A stretch of DNA of 61,280 nucleotides from Phoronis australis. Its lineage: Eukaryota > Animalia > Phoronida. The stretch lies in NCBI GenBank assembly GCA_002633005.1, contig NMRA01000026.1, positions 977,934-1,039,213 of the forward strand, read 5' to 3'. The notes under the pieces are model-generated. The model searched no databases. It was not told the DNA's origin and saw only the letters and a list, made by a program, of their open reading frames with translations. Shown here piece after piece: positions 24,901 through 37,000 of the stretch (positions within the stretch are counted from its first letter, which is position 1; each line of letters starts with the position of its first letter). Position numbers and translations under genes: made by a program.

Positions 24901-27900
24901 GTTTGGCACCTTATTAAGGCAGAAATTGATTATTAATCGAATTCTGTTTTTTGAGAAAGAGGCTGTGCAGTTAACTTTCTTTGTAGTCGTAACATGCTGT
25001 CAACTTTTGTTTCCATTTCAACTATCCATTCTTGTTGTTTTATTTACCGATTTATATTCTTCATTTCTTGAATCCATTCTTGTTGTTTTATTTACCGATT
25101 TATAACTATTTTTGCCAAATTCAGATACCACTAACAGTTAGTAATTGGTTCGACAATAAACCCGACAGCTTGTGAAAGATTTGTTTTATTACCTCCATCA
25201 CTGGTTAATTTCATGTGTTCCAGAGATGCCCTTTTGGAAGTAAGCCAGGGTATCCGCGAATACTTCAATGTCATGTTGGGAACTCAACTGCTATACAAGT
25301 TTGAACGGCCACAGTACTCAGAAGTAAGTTGTCCACCTAATGGTAAAACCCACAGCGTAAGTGCGTGGGTGTTATCCCTCTGCAACTGCTGATTTGATGG
25401 GCCTGGTATATATCTTAGCCAAAACATTCGGCTCACCAAGCTGGTCATTAAGCTGCGTTAGAGGCAAGTCTTGCTGTTGGGTAAAAATAAAGTCCTACAT
25501 AGAGACATAATTGAGTGCTACTGGTAGATTTTGAAGTCTGTGAGGTTTGGTAGGGATGTGCTCCGATCTCCTACGCTTATTCTCTATTGTCATGTGTTGG
25601 GGGATGTTATTCTGAATTCCTGTTATAGTCTCAAGTGGGCCAATGGAAGACGTGGCGATGGGCCAGGGCTTTGATTGGTGGGGACGAATTAGGAATTAGC
25701 GACCCATTTTGTGGGAGAGAATCCACCAGGGTCCAGTTTCATGAAAGTTATAGGCCGCATACCAACAATGACGTTGCATTATCATGTGCCAAATTGTTAT
25801 TGTTGAACAATGCACCTGACGTCATGCAACAATCAATAAGTTTTATGCAACCCATCCCTGGTTCACGGGACAATTCAGGATGTAGAAAAAGTTTTAAAAG
25901 TAAAAGTCTATGAATAGGTGTATGCTGTGCTGATGGAAGCCATTTTGAACTTTTGTTTGAATTTTTTTCTGATTGTTGACCGTAAATTTCTGAACTTGTG
26001 TATCCAGAGAATGGTACACATTTTTCACATTCCAGTACCACAAATTAAAGTAATCTTTGTTGTACTTTTTTGAAAATGAGTTATCAATCTGTGGAAAATG
26101 ATTGATATATCGAGCATATTCCAATTTACATTTTAGCCATCTTGTTTTTGCCTAACACACTCGCTGACAATGTTACTGCCTGGAAAGTACATACTATGGA
26201 AGGTGATAGTTTTTGCTCCAAAAACAGTTCCTTTGGCTCATATCAAACATGCACACATTGATTTACATTTACTGAGTATAGTTAGTGAAAATTCTTGGTA
26301 CAGCATAGTTTACAAATATTTATCTGCACGTGTAGCAATAACTTGGGGTTATGCCTCGAATATGTGGAAGACCTCATTGGGTGCCAACTGCCCTGTGAAG
26401 TTGGCTATACATCAATCATTTTGATCTGTCCTCGGCATTTGATAAAATATTCACAAGCTAGATCAAGTTCTATGAGTCTCACTAGAAAAATCTAACCAAA
26501 ATTATGCTCTCATTGAAGATGCACAGCGATGTCTCACAAGATCCTGCTTTTCTATCAAGACACTAAAAATATTGAACTCGACCCGTATTGCATTTTGTGA
26601 AGTTTCAAATGGTGTTAAGAAAAAGTAGTGAATGTAGTCTCAGTATAGTAGGTTAAATGTAAACTACGAAATCAGACACCAATTGTCCTCAACAGGTACT
26701 CAAGGATCACTCTGATACTCCCATGTCCAAGGTCTATGGGGCTACTCATCTTTTACGGCTGTTCGGTAAGAGACGAAAGGTTACTATAGCAACAGTACTG
26801 GTACACAGATATTGTAAAGCTTGTTTAAGTGTTTGCTTCGTTTTCATGTGACAATGGAAACAAACACGTCTAATTCTCAGGTTTATTCGTAATAAGCATT
26901 AATTTTGCGATCGTCAGGGTCTGCACTGGACTTACAATCCGAGAGTTGTTAAGACTAGTTACTTAGTCTGTAACATGTCTCGCAACTTCACCACATAATG
27001 TTTACAACTAGCCAACTTTGAAAACATGACAGGAATGAGCATTCAAAAGACCTACTTGAGCACAAGAGTAACATAATAGAATGATTCAACGCAACTAGAA
27101 TGCATGTTATGTAAATTTACACGAAAACTGGGCTGTGCTTCATCCTATAAGCAACTACCGAAAGTGTCCAATAGATGGCTTACTTCTGGATGCTTGAAAT
27201 GACATTGAAAGTCATAACTTTTTAAAGTTGGAGATTAATCTGACATGTGTCCTTGCTTGTTAAATGACAAGTTGTGCATGTGAGGTCTCCAATATGAATT
27301 AAATCCGATGTGCGTGTATGTGATTATTGAGACTCCTGTAATTTTTTTACTTGTTTTCAAATACATATACGACATCACTTTAGGATGGACAGCAACAGAA
27401 CCCTATTCGAGTGATGTCGAATGGGTGTCAAGTGCACTTACCGTAGATTTCATAAATTTTGGACACACTGATGCACAAGTAAAAGTTCATTTCGTTATCT
27501 TTTCCATGAAAGATACAAATTCACCAAATCAACGCTTTCCCATGTTCAAATTTGGTACCATAGCTACCATCAAATAGTATTTTGAACAGTTATGAGCATT
27601 TACAACTTTAAACGCCCTTGAAATTCAAAAAGGGGCAGTTTTAGCCAATTGTTTTGTCCAAAATTGTCGCGTTTTTTCTGTAGATGTGTTATGATATAGA
27701 CTTTCAACTATGTCTGTTAAATTTCAGTCAAGTTGGGCTCCATGCTGGCGTTCACAACTTTGGAGGAAAAAACAATGCAGCTTCTCATGTCTCACATCAA
27801 TGACTTCTTAAAGTAAGTATGGAGGTCTTATGAAGTTATCTCCCCTGTACAATGTGGTTACATGCAACTGACAGCAAAATGGAACTTTAAATTGGATTTG

Positions 27901-28648
27901 GTGCTTTACTTTTAAGGGGGAAAGAAAATATGGGTCTTCTGTGGTTATCTCCCCTGTATACTGGTCCCACATGTGAGTTAAAAATGTGGAAATTCAAATT
28001 TAACTGATTCTTTTCAAGTTACCTGTGTCTTCACTAGTTGTGCATGCATCGCTTGACATTACATTTCCACCCTACATCTATTCTGCCTGCCATTGCTGCT
28101 AGCATTAGTTACATCATGAAGATTATTTGGCTGTAACGAAAAATTGTGGCTATGATTTGCCTTCAAAAATTATTGTCCATAAGATTTGATTGTGCCAGAA
28201 CTAAAGTTTTTTTCAGATTTAGAGATTGTTGGGTCTGCAGACGGGAAAATGGATGTAATCGGCTACCTTAATCTCAGTGATGGAGACCTAATGCTGAGCA
28301 TTACTACTGGGGGGTATTATGTAATGCTAGTCACATCGAGATCTCTTGCTTTATGGAACAGAAATAGTGAACTACCCATAATTCCATATTTGGACCTAGC
28401 AGTCCAACCACTTTAGAGGTGATCGTTTGCAAGATGTGAACACTAGAAAGATTACAAGCGTACACTTAAAGCACTAGCTTGTCACTAGCGTGATCTCGAT
28501 TAACTTGCAAAACACTAGCCTTATGTGTTCTGGTCACTATAGTATGGAAACCCATTACAGGTACCTGCACAAGAACTCGGCCGCCTTGTTCAACCTACGT
28601 GACTACATGGTGGCGCCGCCGGAATACCAGCGCAAAGCCATCACATAA
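15910..28648 (+). CDS. MORF4L1: Mortality factor 4-like protein 1 / MRG15 (chromo barrel + MRG domain); exons 15910-15937, 17589-17635, 18530-18597, 19312-19398, 19793-19911, 20830-20919 (possibly cassette), 21907-21980, 22719-22820, 24290-24378, 25224-25323, 26696-26765, 27728-27812, 28561-28648
   Basis: [137 protein letters not shown]. All introns are GT-AG and phase-consistent. Confidence 0.97.
16090..16165 (-). mobile_element. tRNA-derived SINE head (degenerate)
   Basis: On the minus strand, B-box-like GTTCGATACC within a tRNA-length segment; no intact cloverleaf. Confidence 0.4.
16570..17500 (+). mobile_element. HINE-like repeat-array element (same family as 6460-7400), interrupted by a palindromic MITE
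   Basis: Units contain ctagtggca-tttt, caggatctt..gaatttggcaagtgt and gacaggt..actat. Confidence 0.5.
17105..17232. mobile_element. Palindromic MITE of about 130 bp; related copies at 41857-41940, 45160-45290 and 46596-46680
   Basis: ggatatagcggtccctgatttagagaaccag ... ctggttctctaaatcagggaccgctatatcc. GG(G)CAC-type ends suggest PIF/Harbinger. Confidence 0.8.
23645..24213. mobile_element. PIF/Harbinger-type MITE with TAA target-site duplication
   Basis: TIR gggctgttccagtaaaatctgtatgggaagggggga / ccccctcccacacagattttgctggaacagccc, flanked by TAA on both sides. Confidence 0.88.
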
Positions 28649-28839
28649 ATTATGCTAAGTGTCAAGCCGAGGACGCATCTCATTTGTTCTCCATATCATT
28701 CTGACACGCTTGTCAGACAAAAATAAAAACTGTGAACCATGTAATTTGTGCATACCTGTTTTTATACATAAAATTTTAAGCTGTGTAAAACTCGATGTTT
28801 ATTGTATAACAAATAATGGAAATAGTACAGTGAAATTTT

Positions 28840-30690
28840 AAATTTCATTTAAGTGCTTAATATTCCAGACGCGGCACATAATGTAAGAGCTTTACCATTG
28901 GTTACGTCCCATAGGCACTATACATTAGCTTGCACATGTAGTGAATATTCAATACACTAGCTTGCACAGGTAGTGAATATTCAATACACTAGCTTGCACA
29001 TGTAGTGAATATTCAATACACTAGCTTGCACATGTAGTGAATATTCAATACACTAGCTTGCGCATGCAGTGAATATTCAATACACTAGCTTGCGCATGCA
29101 GTGAATATTCAATACACTAGCTTGCGCATGCAGTGAATATTCAATACACTAGCTTGCGCATGCAGTGAATATTCAATACACTAGCTTGCGCATGCAGTGA
29201 ATATTCAATACACTAGCTTGCACATGTAGTGAATATTCAATACACTAGCTTGCGCATGCAGTGAATATTCAATACACTAGCTTGCGCATGCAGTGAATAT
29301 TCAATACACTAGCTTGCACATGTAGTGAATATTCGTTGAAGTAACAGAAGCTGTGAATTCTGTCCCATAATGCAACATTCCAACCCCACCGCCTATCGCT
29401 TCAGTGACCGCCATTTTGTTATAGCTAGTATGCTTCCAAGAATATTCACGAAAAACACGTCTTTCGTGTGATTTTGCGAGGTCTTTTGGGATCCTGCTTT
29501 TCTTGCAAGAAACATAGCTTATGGAATGCTACGCAGTTCAACTGGCAGAAGAATGGTGGTACAATCGAACTATATTACAATGAACTCTTGTGGGACTTTT
29601 GTGTTCATTTTAAGCAAATCGACTTGGCATGTGTATACTATACATTCATTGTCTTGAGAGCTGCGCAATGGTACATAATTAGCGAGTCAACGTAATACAT
29701 GGGGCAAGTTGCAAGGCAGTATGACAAACAAAGTGTAACATAATTACTTACCTTTAAAAGCCTACACAGTTTATTCCCCAGAAAAGAAACACCAACATTT
29801 GTATAAAAATCTACAGAAATAATACATTACATTTGCTTGCTCTGTAAAATTCCACTGCCAATACAATTTCATGTTAAAATATTGCATTTTGTATATAGTT
29901 ATATAATGGATTATAATTTTTACACTTAATTATATTTTTCAGCAATCCATAGGATCACATGAAATTTTTAATTTCAAGTGTTGTACATTCCAGACACAGC
30001 AAACAGTAAGAGCTTGATCATCGGTTGCATTCCATAGCCGCAATACATTAGCTAGCACATGCAGTGAATATTCGTTGAAGTAACAGAAGCTGTGAATTGT
30101 GTTTTATAATTTGTGAATTCCATCCCAGAATTCAGCATTCCTACGCCACCGACCTACCACTTCAGTGGCTGCCATTTTGTTATAGACTAGTAAGCTTCCA
30201 AGCATATTCACCAAAAACTAATTTTGCGAGGTCTTCCAGAATCCTCCTTTTTTGCAAAAAATGTAACCTACGGAATGCTACACAGTTCAACAGACAAAAG
30301 AATGGTGGTATAGTCAAACTATTTACACTGAACTCTTGCGGGACTTTTCTGAAACAGAAGTTCACTTTAAGCAAATCAACTTGACACGTGTACAGTACAT
30401 TCATTGTATTGAGAGCTGTTACAGTAGATAATTAGCAAGTCAACGTAATACATGGGGCAAGTTGCAAGGCAGTATGACAAACAAAGTGTGACATAATTGC
30501 CTTTAAAAGCCTGCACAGTTTATTGCCAAGAAAACTAACACCAACATTTGTATAAAAATCTACAAAAATAATACATTACATTTGCTTGCCCAGTAAAATT
30601 CCGTTGCCAATATAATTTCATATTAAAATATCGCATTATGCGAAAACAATATTTACACTTAATTATATTTTTCTGTAATGCATACGATCA
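28840..30690. repeat. Tandem segmental duplication (about 28840-29960 and 29960-30690)
   Basis: Colinear shared blocks such as attccagac..taagagctt, gtgaatattcgttgaagtaacagaagctgtgaatt and gtcaacgtaatacatggggcaagttgcaaggcagtatgacaaacaaagtgt. Confidence 0.9.
28921..29334. repeat. 32-bp minisatellite (about 13 copies) just 3' of MORF4L1
   Basis: Unit tagcttgc(a/g)catg(t/c)agtgaatattcaatacac. Confidence 0.95.
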
Positions 30691-31919
30691 CAATACAAAT
30701 TAAATACAACTGGTTCTGGTCTGTTTCTTTCATTAACATTGTAGTGATGCAGCATTCTTTATTAGTTGTCCATACTATCAAAAAGAAAGTCGATAACGCT
30801 CTTGCGTGACCTGGGTCCTGCAATTTGAGAACAAGTTTTCAGTCCACTTAATAACGGCATCAAACAGGCTCTCAAAATCCAGGACCCTTGTATGTGACTT
30901 GACAGAAAATTGCCCGATGCAGACAGATGAAATGGGTCAGGATCCCTTTTTCTCTAGCATCACTTGATTACAGCTAAAACTTTCTTTTTTACTCATAGTG
31001 TCAACTGATGCCATCTAAAATTAGTTAAGATCCTTTGCATCACCCAGCACTGCGCGATTCCACATGAGGAACAGGTTTCACAGTGGGTTGGGTGCAGACC
31101 AGAGTCAATTAATACTGTACTTTTTTAGCCTTGCATATCAAATTTAATATCCCATTCCACATTTCAGTTCCTGCATTATATGTAATGCCACAACAAAATT
31201 AATACAGCTGGTTTCATTACATATTAATATTCAATTGGATGTGCAAGAATGCCGTAGTTTCAAAAAAGATGACATGTGCTAGTTAATTACCCAGATTTTC
31301 TGTAGATAAGCCCACCCAATGAAACGCCCGTGTGTTTATGTGGAAAATCATGCTGAATAAACACCCACGAGTGTTTCTTTGGAGTTACAACTTTTGGGGC
31401 CTGTTCCATGCAAATGTTGTTTTGAGACCTTCCGTCATGCTAGAGAGATTAAGTTACCTGAAACAGTATCAACCAATTCAGTCAAAACAATTTTAATGAA
31501 ACACTCATTTCCATTTTTAAGATGCCAAAGAGTTGATGATTTTGGGCATCTTAAGCTCGACAGTAAATTGGCTAATTTCCTTTATATAGTCATTCAAGTT
31601 TGATAGCAGCCATTTTGAATTAGGAGTTGCCATCATAGCAATACATTTTAAAAGGAGGAAAACCATATTTCTCAAGTGAATGGTGCTCTCATGTGCCGAT
31701 TAGCCTTTAGCTTTTAAAAAATTTCCTTTTTCTAATCATGAATCTTTCATTTAATGGTGGCCATCAGCAATGTATTTTCATTGAATGGTAACCATCTTGG
31801 AAACATGGCCACAATTACGTAACGCAGACACTGTGTAATTTTTGATTAATTTTAGTTTTTATGTTACTTGTAAAATATTTCAGAAAAAAATAACAATTAC
31901 AAAAATGACAAATCCCTAC

Positions 31920-34075
31920 TTAAGGGCTCATTTTTTTAACGGAAAATTCCGGTACCATTTCACGATGTACAACCATAGGAGCTCCATCCACTCCAATTAT
32001 CTCTAGTGACAATTCTTCTTGAAAGAATTGTTTCAAATTACTCATGATCCTACTCGTCAATCTCTCATTGTTTAAGACTAAGCCAGAGAGACCAGGTTTA
32101 TCGAGCGGATACAATTCTTCCACCAATCTCAACACCTGCCCAACCAACTTATGCTTCTGGTGTTCTGGCAGCTGTCTGATTACATCAGAGACCGTAGCCC
32201 TCTTAAAGCTTCCAGCTAATGCACCAACAGCGACACCAACAGCTGCTGCGACTGGCAATGCTGATGCGGAAAGCGTGACGCCACCTACTGTGGCTGCAGC
32301 CGTAATCATTGATGATCCCCAGGACACCGATGCTCCTGTGGCCACCACTCCAGACAAAGAGCCAATGGCAGCTCCTGAAACGAAAATAAACACAAATTTA
32401 CTATCGTTGGCGTGGTAGAAATATGGTGCCCAAACCCCTCTGTTCATTGGAAAAAAGGCCTCCTGCTGGGCTGAAATTCATTACACTATAATAATTGCTC
32501 CCTCCACCAGCTCAATGCAAAGTGGCCCCCAGCCTGCCACTCATTTCAATCCCCAGGGTGGCCAACAACCTCTCCAGTAATGCAAGTCTGTTTTCAGACT
32601 TTGTCGATACAAAACATAGCGTCAGATATTTTGAAAATACCATGAGCACCAAAACTGCCCATGTCACAATCCTCTGAATTGAGTAAACACAAAAAGATGC
32701 TCATTGCTTCAATTAAATCATTTTAAATGCATCTAAATTTTATCTCAGCAAGACTTTTTTTGGAATTGGAAAGCATTGTTTGAAAAACTGAAACAAGAGC
32801 CTGGAGATTGAGTTGCAATGTGATTCCTCCAACCTACGATTTTGTCAGGTAATAATTTTGTAACAGACAGTACAAGCCAAAAGTATTTGCCAAAACAACC
32901 CAGAATTCCCCCATCACGACAGCCAGATTCATCTTCCCTCATGATTAGGAATAACGAGGAATTAACAGAAAACTTAAGGTGGCCAAGACATTCTGTGTTG
33001 TGAAATTTGCCACAATGGTTTTTCCAGTCATTTTTGCTGGTGATATTGACAAATTTCAGTGAACCTTGACTCATGTATGTGACAGTAATGCGCCATCGTA
33101 AGTTAATTTTCTGCAACACCCCTCCAGGGGCCATTTTAGTCTCAATGAGGGTGTTTTCATCAGCTGCACTTTAGGGGACAAGTGCCAACTGACAGATTTC
33201 AATGACACTTGACACAGAGGTAGCGTGACAACAGTATGTCGGCACCTGTCGTATTTTCGGGTGGATTTGACAAAAGCAGCACAACCTAGTGGTTGTTCCA
33301 TTTTATAGATAGCAGCTTTTTAGTTTTGAGTATATTCCAACAAGTGCTGCATCCATTATGTCATTTTGTGTCTATCCTTGTTCCTGCCAATCCTTGTGAT
33401 TGTTCTTAATAAAAAGTAGACTGGACCTGCTAATTTTGGGAAGCCTAGTGCTGTGTTTTATTTCTTTTTGCAAATGTTGAAAACTTTTCAATATTTTTAA
33501 GCTTTTTGACATGATGTTAGCAATGAGGTTTGGCAGACACAAGGATAGACACGGCAAAATGACAATGAGCACAGCACATATCAACCCCTTTAATGCTTAT
33601 CTTTTGTAGTTTTTCCACATAACCACCGGCGCTAATAAATGAGATAAACTCTTGCCCCGTTTTTTCTGCGCACTAGCTCAAAGCACACCTGATGCAAAAC
33701 AATATGAATGACACAAACAGCTTTTATAGTGGTGACTATGTATATTTCTGGGTTTCATTTAAATGATAAAAATAATGTAGAAAGTGTACAGCTGTTTCGT
33801 CCATATCTCACAGACTTGATTCACCACCCAGTGTGCCCTCTGTCGTTGTAAATTAAAACAATAAAAACAGTACATAGCTGTAGTTCCTTTACTATGGAAG
33901 ACATGTGATTAAGACCAACCCTTACCAAGAAATCCTCCAACTGCTGCTGCAACACCACCAGCTCTGACAGCCGCATTTTTGTTAAATCCAGTCACCGTCA
34001 TTCCATGGGTAAGACTGTCAAGAATATCCAGGATTATACTGTCCTGCTTTGAGCTGACGGGAGACACTTCTGCGA
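31920..34075 (-). CDS. C19orf12 (MPAN/Nazo)-like domain, last two exons
   Basis: IILDILDSLT..MTVT..NAAVRAGGVAAAVGGFLGAAIG...AVGVAVGALAGSFKRATVSDVIRQLPEHQKHKLVGQVLRLVEELYPLDKPGLSGLVLNNERLTSRIMSNLKQFFQEELSLEI parallels the C19orf12 pattern (GGAVGGLLGAWM..QFKPVPQILMELP..EQQRL...LTALVM.SEALQQQLL.MLVNYVTKELRAEI). Confidence 0.85.
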
Positions 34076-37000
34076 CTGTAAAAAACTGTTTCAAATGACA
34101 AAAATGGGAGGCAGCAGCGCATTCTTACCAATAAATACAACTGACTACAAGAACAATCGTGATACAAGTTGCCAGCATGGAGGAACCCCAGACTGTCCAA
34201 ACAGAGTACACCCCAAACTATTCTGACAAAATGACGGAGAATTCCGTGTCACAATAGCTGGGTGCAAGCGGAATTCAAGGTCAGAGTTAAACCTTCCTAA
34301 GAATGAAAAAGAATTGACAAAAAAGTTGATACAGTGGCTAAAACCATTCTGGAAATAAAATTTTCATGCACCATATCGGTCTTTTTTGCTAGTTGTTAAC
34401 AGAATTCTTCATCATGATGGGTAAACTGAATAATTGTTGATCACACAACATTGTTCGCAATTAAAAATATTCAAAGGCATTTGCCTGAGATCTGTATCTT
34501 TGACAGTTGTTCGCAGCACAGCAATGAGTGCAGACGGCCATGAGACATAAGAAAACTAATGATTAAAACGACAACTATGTTTGGATACTGTTCTTGTCTC
34601 ATAATCAGGCATAAATAAAATGACACGGGATGGGTCTATGTGACACACGGTACCAACTTAAGACGCAAGCCAATAGCAATGCTGAAAACACACAGATACT
34701 AGGAAAGCAGAGGGACGCTGTGTCATTTTTTTGCTGATATGTCTCTTGGCCAACTGCTTTTATTATTGTGCTGCAAATTTATGTCAAATATACAAAGAGA
34801 GCTTGAGCAAATATTGGAATTAAATTTAATTTTAATTATTAATCGTTGAATGTTGTGTGTTAACAGATTTTGTCTACACATTAGCACTGGTGCCGAATTA
34901 TTCTAGTTTACTGAAAATTTAGAAAATGAAACTGTCATCATTGTAGACCTACCCAATGCGACCTCAGAACGTTTTTGGCGACTTGGGAAAAATTCCAAGT
35001 CACCACAAAGTCGACGTGCGAGAACCTAGTAAGTTAGAAAATAATTCCCTCTAAATTCGTCTCAAAGATTGTGTTGACTTCCAAACTTAAATTTAATACT
35101 TTTCCTAGATTTACTACCTTTCAGTCACAATTGTTCCGTTTATTTTGTGAAATCAATCCATTTGTCATCACGCTTAAAGTACAACAGGAAGTAAACAGAA
35201 AGAAGTTGGAATTGTTTTGGGCAAAAATCGCACATCTGTGAAATTCACACCAGTCCATGAACAGTGACTTAAGGCCGTATTCAAGAGCCACCACACACCA
35301 TGACAATTCCGGAAAACTTAATACTGAGCAAAGTCACTCAATAGAAAAGCTAGCATGATCACGTACTTCGCTTTCTGTGTGAGGCAATGTCTGACTTAAT
35401 TGCGTGATACGCATTTTGCAAATTTCTTGCGTATACAGAACGCAGCCTTGCATGGTCAATTTAAAACTGATGTCTTGGGAAGAACTGACGTACATGTCAT
35501 TGCTGAAGACTTCTCACTCAAAAAGTTTGCACATTAGGAAATTGTTTGAAGTGATGCGGCATAAAAATGAACAGAGTCGTACAATTATAAAAATAATATG
35601 TGTTGTTATACATCAACGTGTTGACATCGTTAAGTAAGAATTATCTGCCTATTACACGAGCTATGTTGGTCACATCACATGACCTAAAGTGAAGTCTGAA
35701 AAGATTTTTGCCTTGACTGGGATTTGACCAACAGAGTGCATGTATAAGACTGATAATTCTTACCCAATAAACAGAATTGGTAAACCAACAACTTTTAAAA
35801 GCATCAGTCATATACATGCACTTTGTTGGTCAAATCATGTGACCTAAAGTTTAAGTCTGAAAAGACTAGTGTCCAACCGGCACAACTTAACAATTATATG
35901 GACGTCCAAGTTCGGAAGAGATGCCGCCTGTCACGTAAGTCTCTTTGGACTTCTGTATTCCACGGGTGGTCCAAACATTAATAGCTCAGAGGAATGGACC
36001 GTCTGCATGGTTAGCATAAGGTACTGGGCTCGAATCCCTGTCAAGGCAAAAATCTTTTCTGACTTAACTTAAGGTCACGTGATGTGACCAACATAGTTCG
36101 TGTAATAGACGAATAATTCTTACTTAACGATGTCAACACGTTGATGTGTAACAACACATATAATTATACAGCTCTGTTCGTTTTTATGCCGCATCACTTC
36201 AAAAGTGCATCCAGACAAATTTACTTACATCTCCTATGGAGGATTCCAACAAGTTCCCTGCCAATGTCGGAGAATTTTTTTGTTTGTTTGACTGTAAGAA
36301 TATGTTACAAATGAAAGTACTTCATGTCAGTTGACCAGTGAATCTTGAATAACTCAAGAGTTGTAAAGAAACTTTAGCACAATGCAAATAGCACCTGACA
36401 AATTTCAGAAATCCATCAGGGGAAGTTGGTGAAATGTTGTGAAAACTCATTAACACGTAGTCACTGGGAAATTTTGAATAACTCGAGAATAGTAAGTCAT
36501 AGCGAGAAGAATGGATGGAACATTTCCAAACATCAAAAAAAGGTCTCCAAAGACACTCAGCAGAGCCAAGGCCACACACACCAAAAACTTGGCAGCCAAA
36601 GTGCCATCTTGCATCTAATATCAGTACAAGGAATAGGCATTGACCTATTATAGACACACGCTTTGTGTGAATTTCATGTTGACATGTAGCAAACAGAAAA
36701 TGATGAAAACACACTTGGGGCTGTTCCAGCAAAATCTGTATGGGAGGGGGAAGGCACTTTTATTCAGTCGTACCCACCGCCCATATTTTTCATTTATTTC
36801 TCCAATCCATGACCCATAATTTTTTAATTATTTTTAATAGGTTAAAATATAAAATCCAACACTTGCAAACAAATTGCCTCCAGGAGGACCTGTTAAGAAC
36901 TTAGATGATTGACAGACAAGAACTAGTTGTCTTGTCCAATATTGTCAAAAACTAAAAGTAGCCTGTGTGCAATACTTTTGGCAGCCACCAGGTGTCTCTG

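Noticed and set aside
28921-29334. 32-bp repeats that look superficially like a CRISPR array
   Set aside because: The units are contiguous with no unique spacers, there are no cas genes, and the context is eukaryotic.
32044-32418. 124-aa plus-strand Pro/Thr/Ala-rich ORF
   Set aside because: Antisense shadow of the Gly/Ala-rich C19orf12-like exon.
35975-36050. tRNA-like sequences (also at about 16090-16165 and 23540-23610)
   Set aside because: Degenerate A/B boxes without a full cloverleaf, attached to repeat bodies; these are SINE heads, not tRNA genes.
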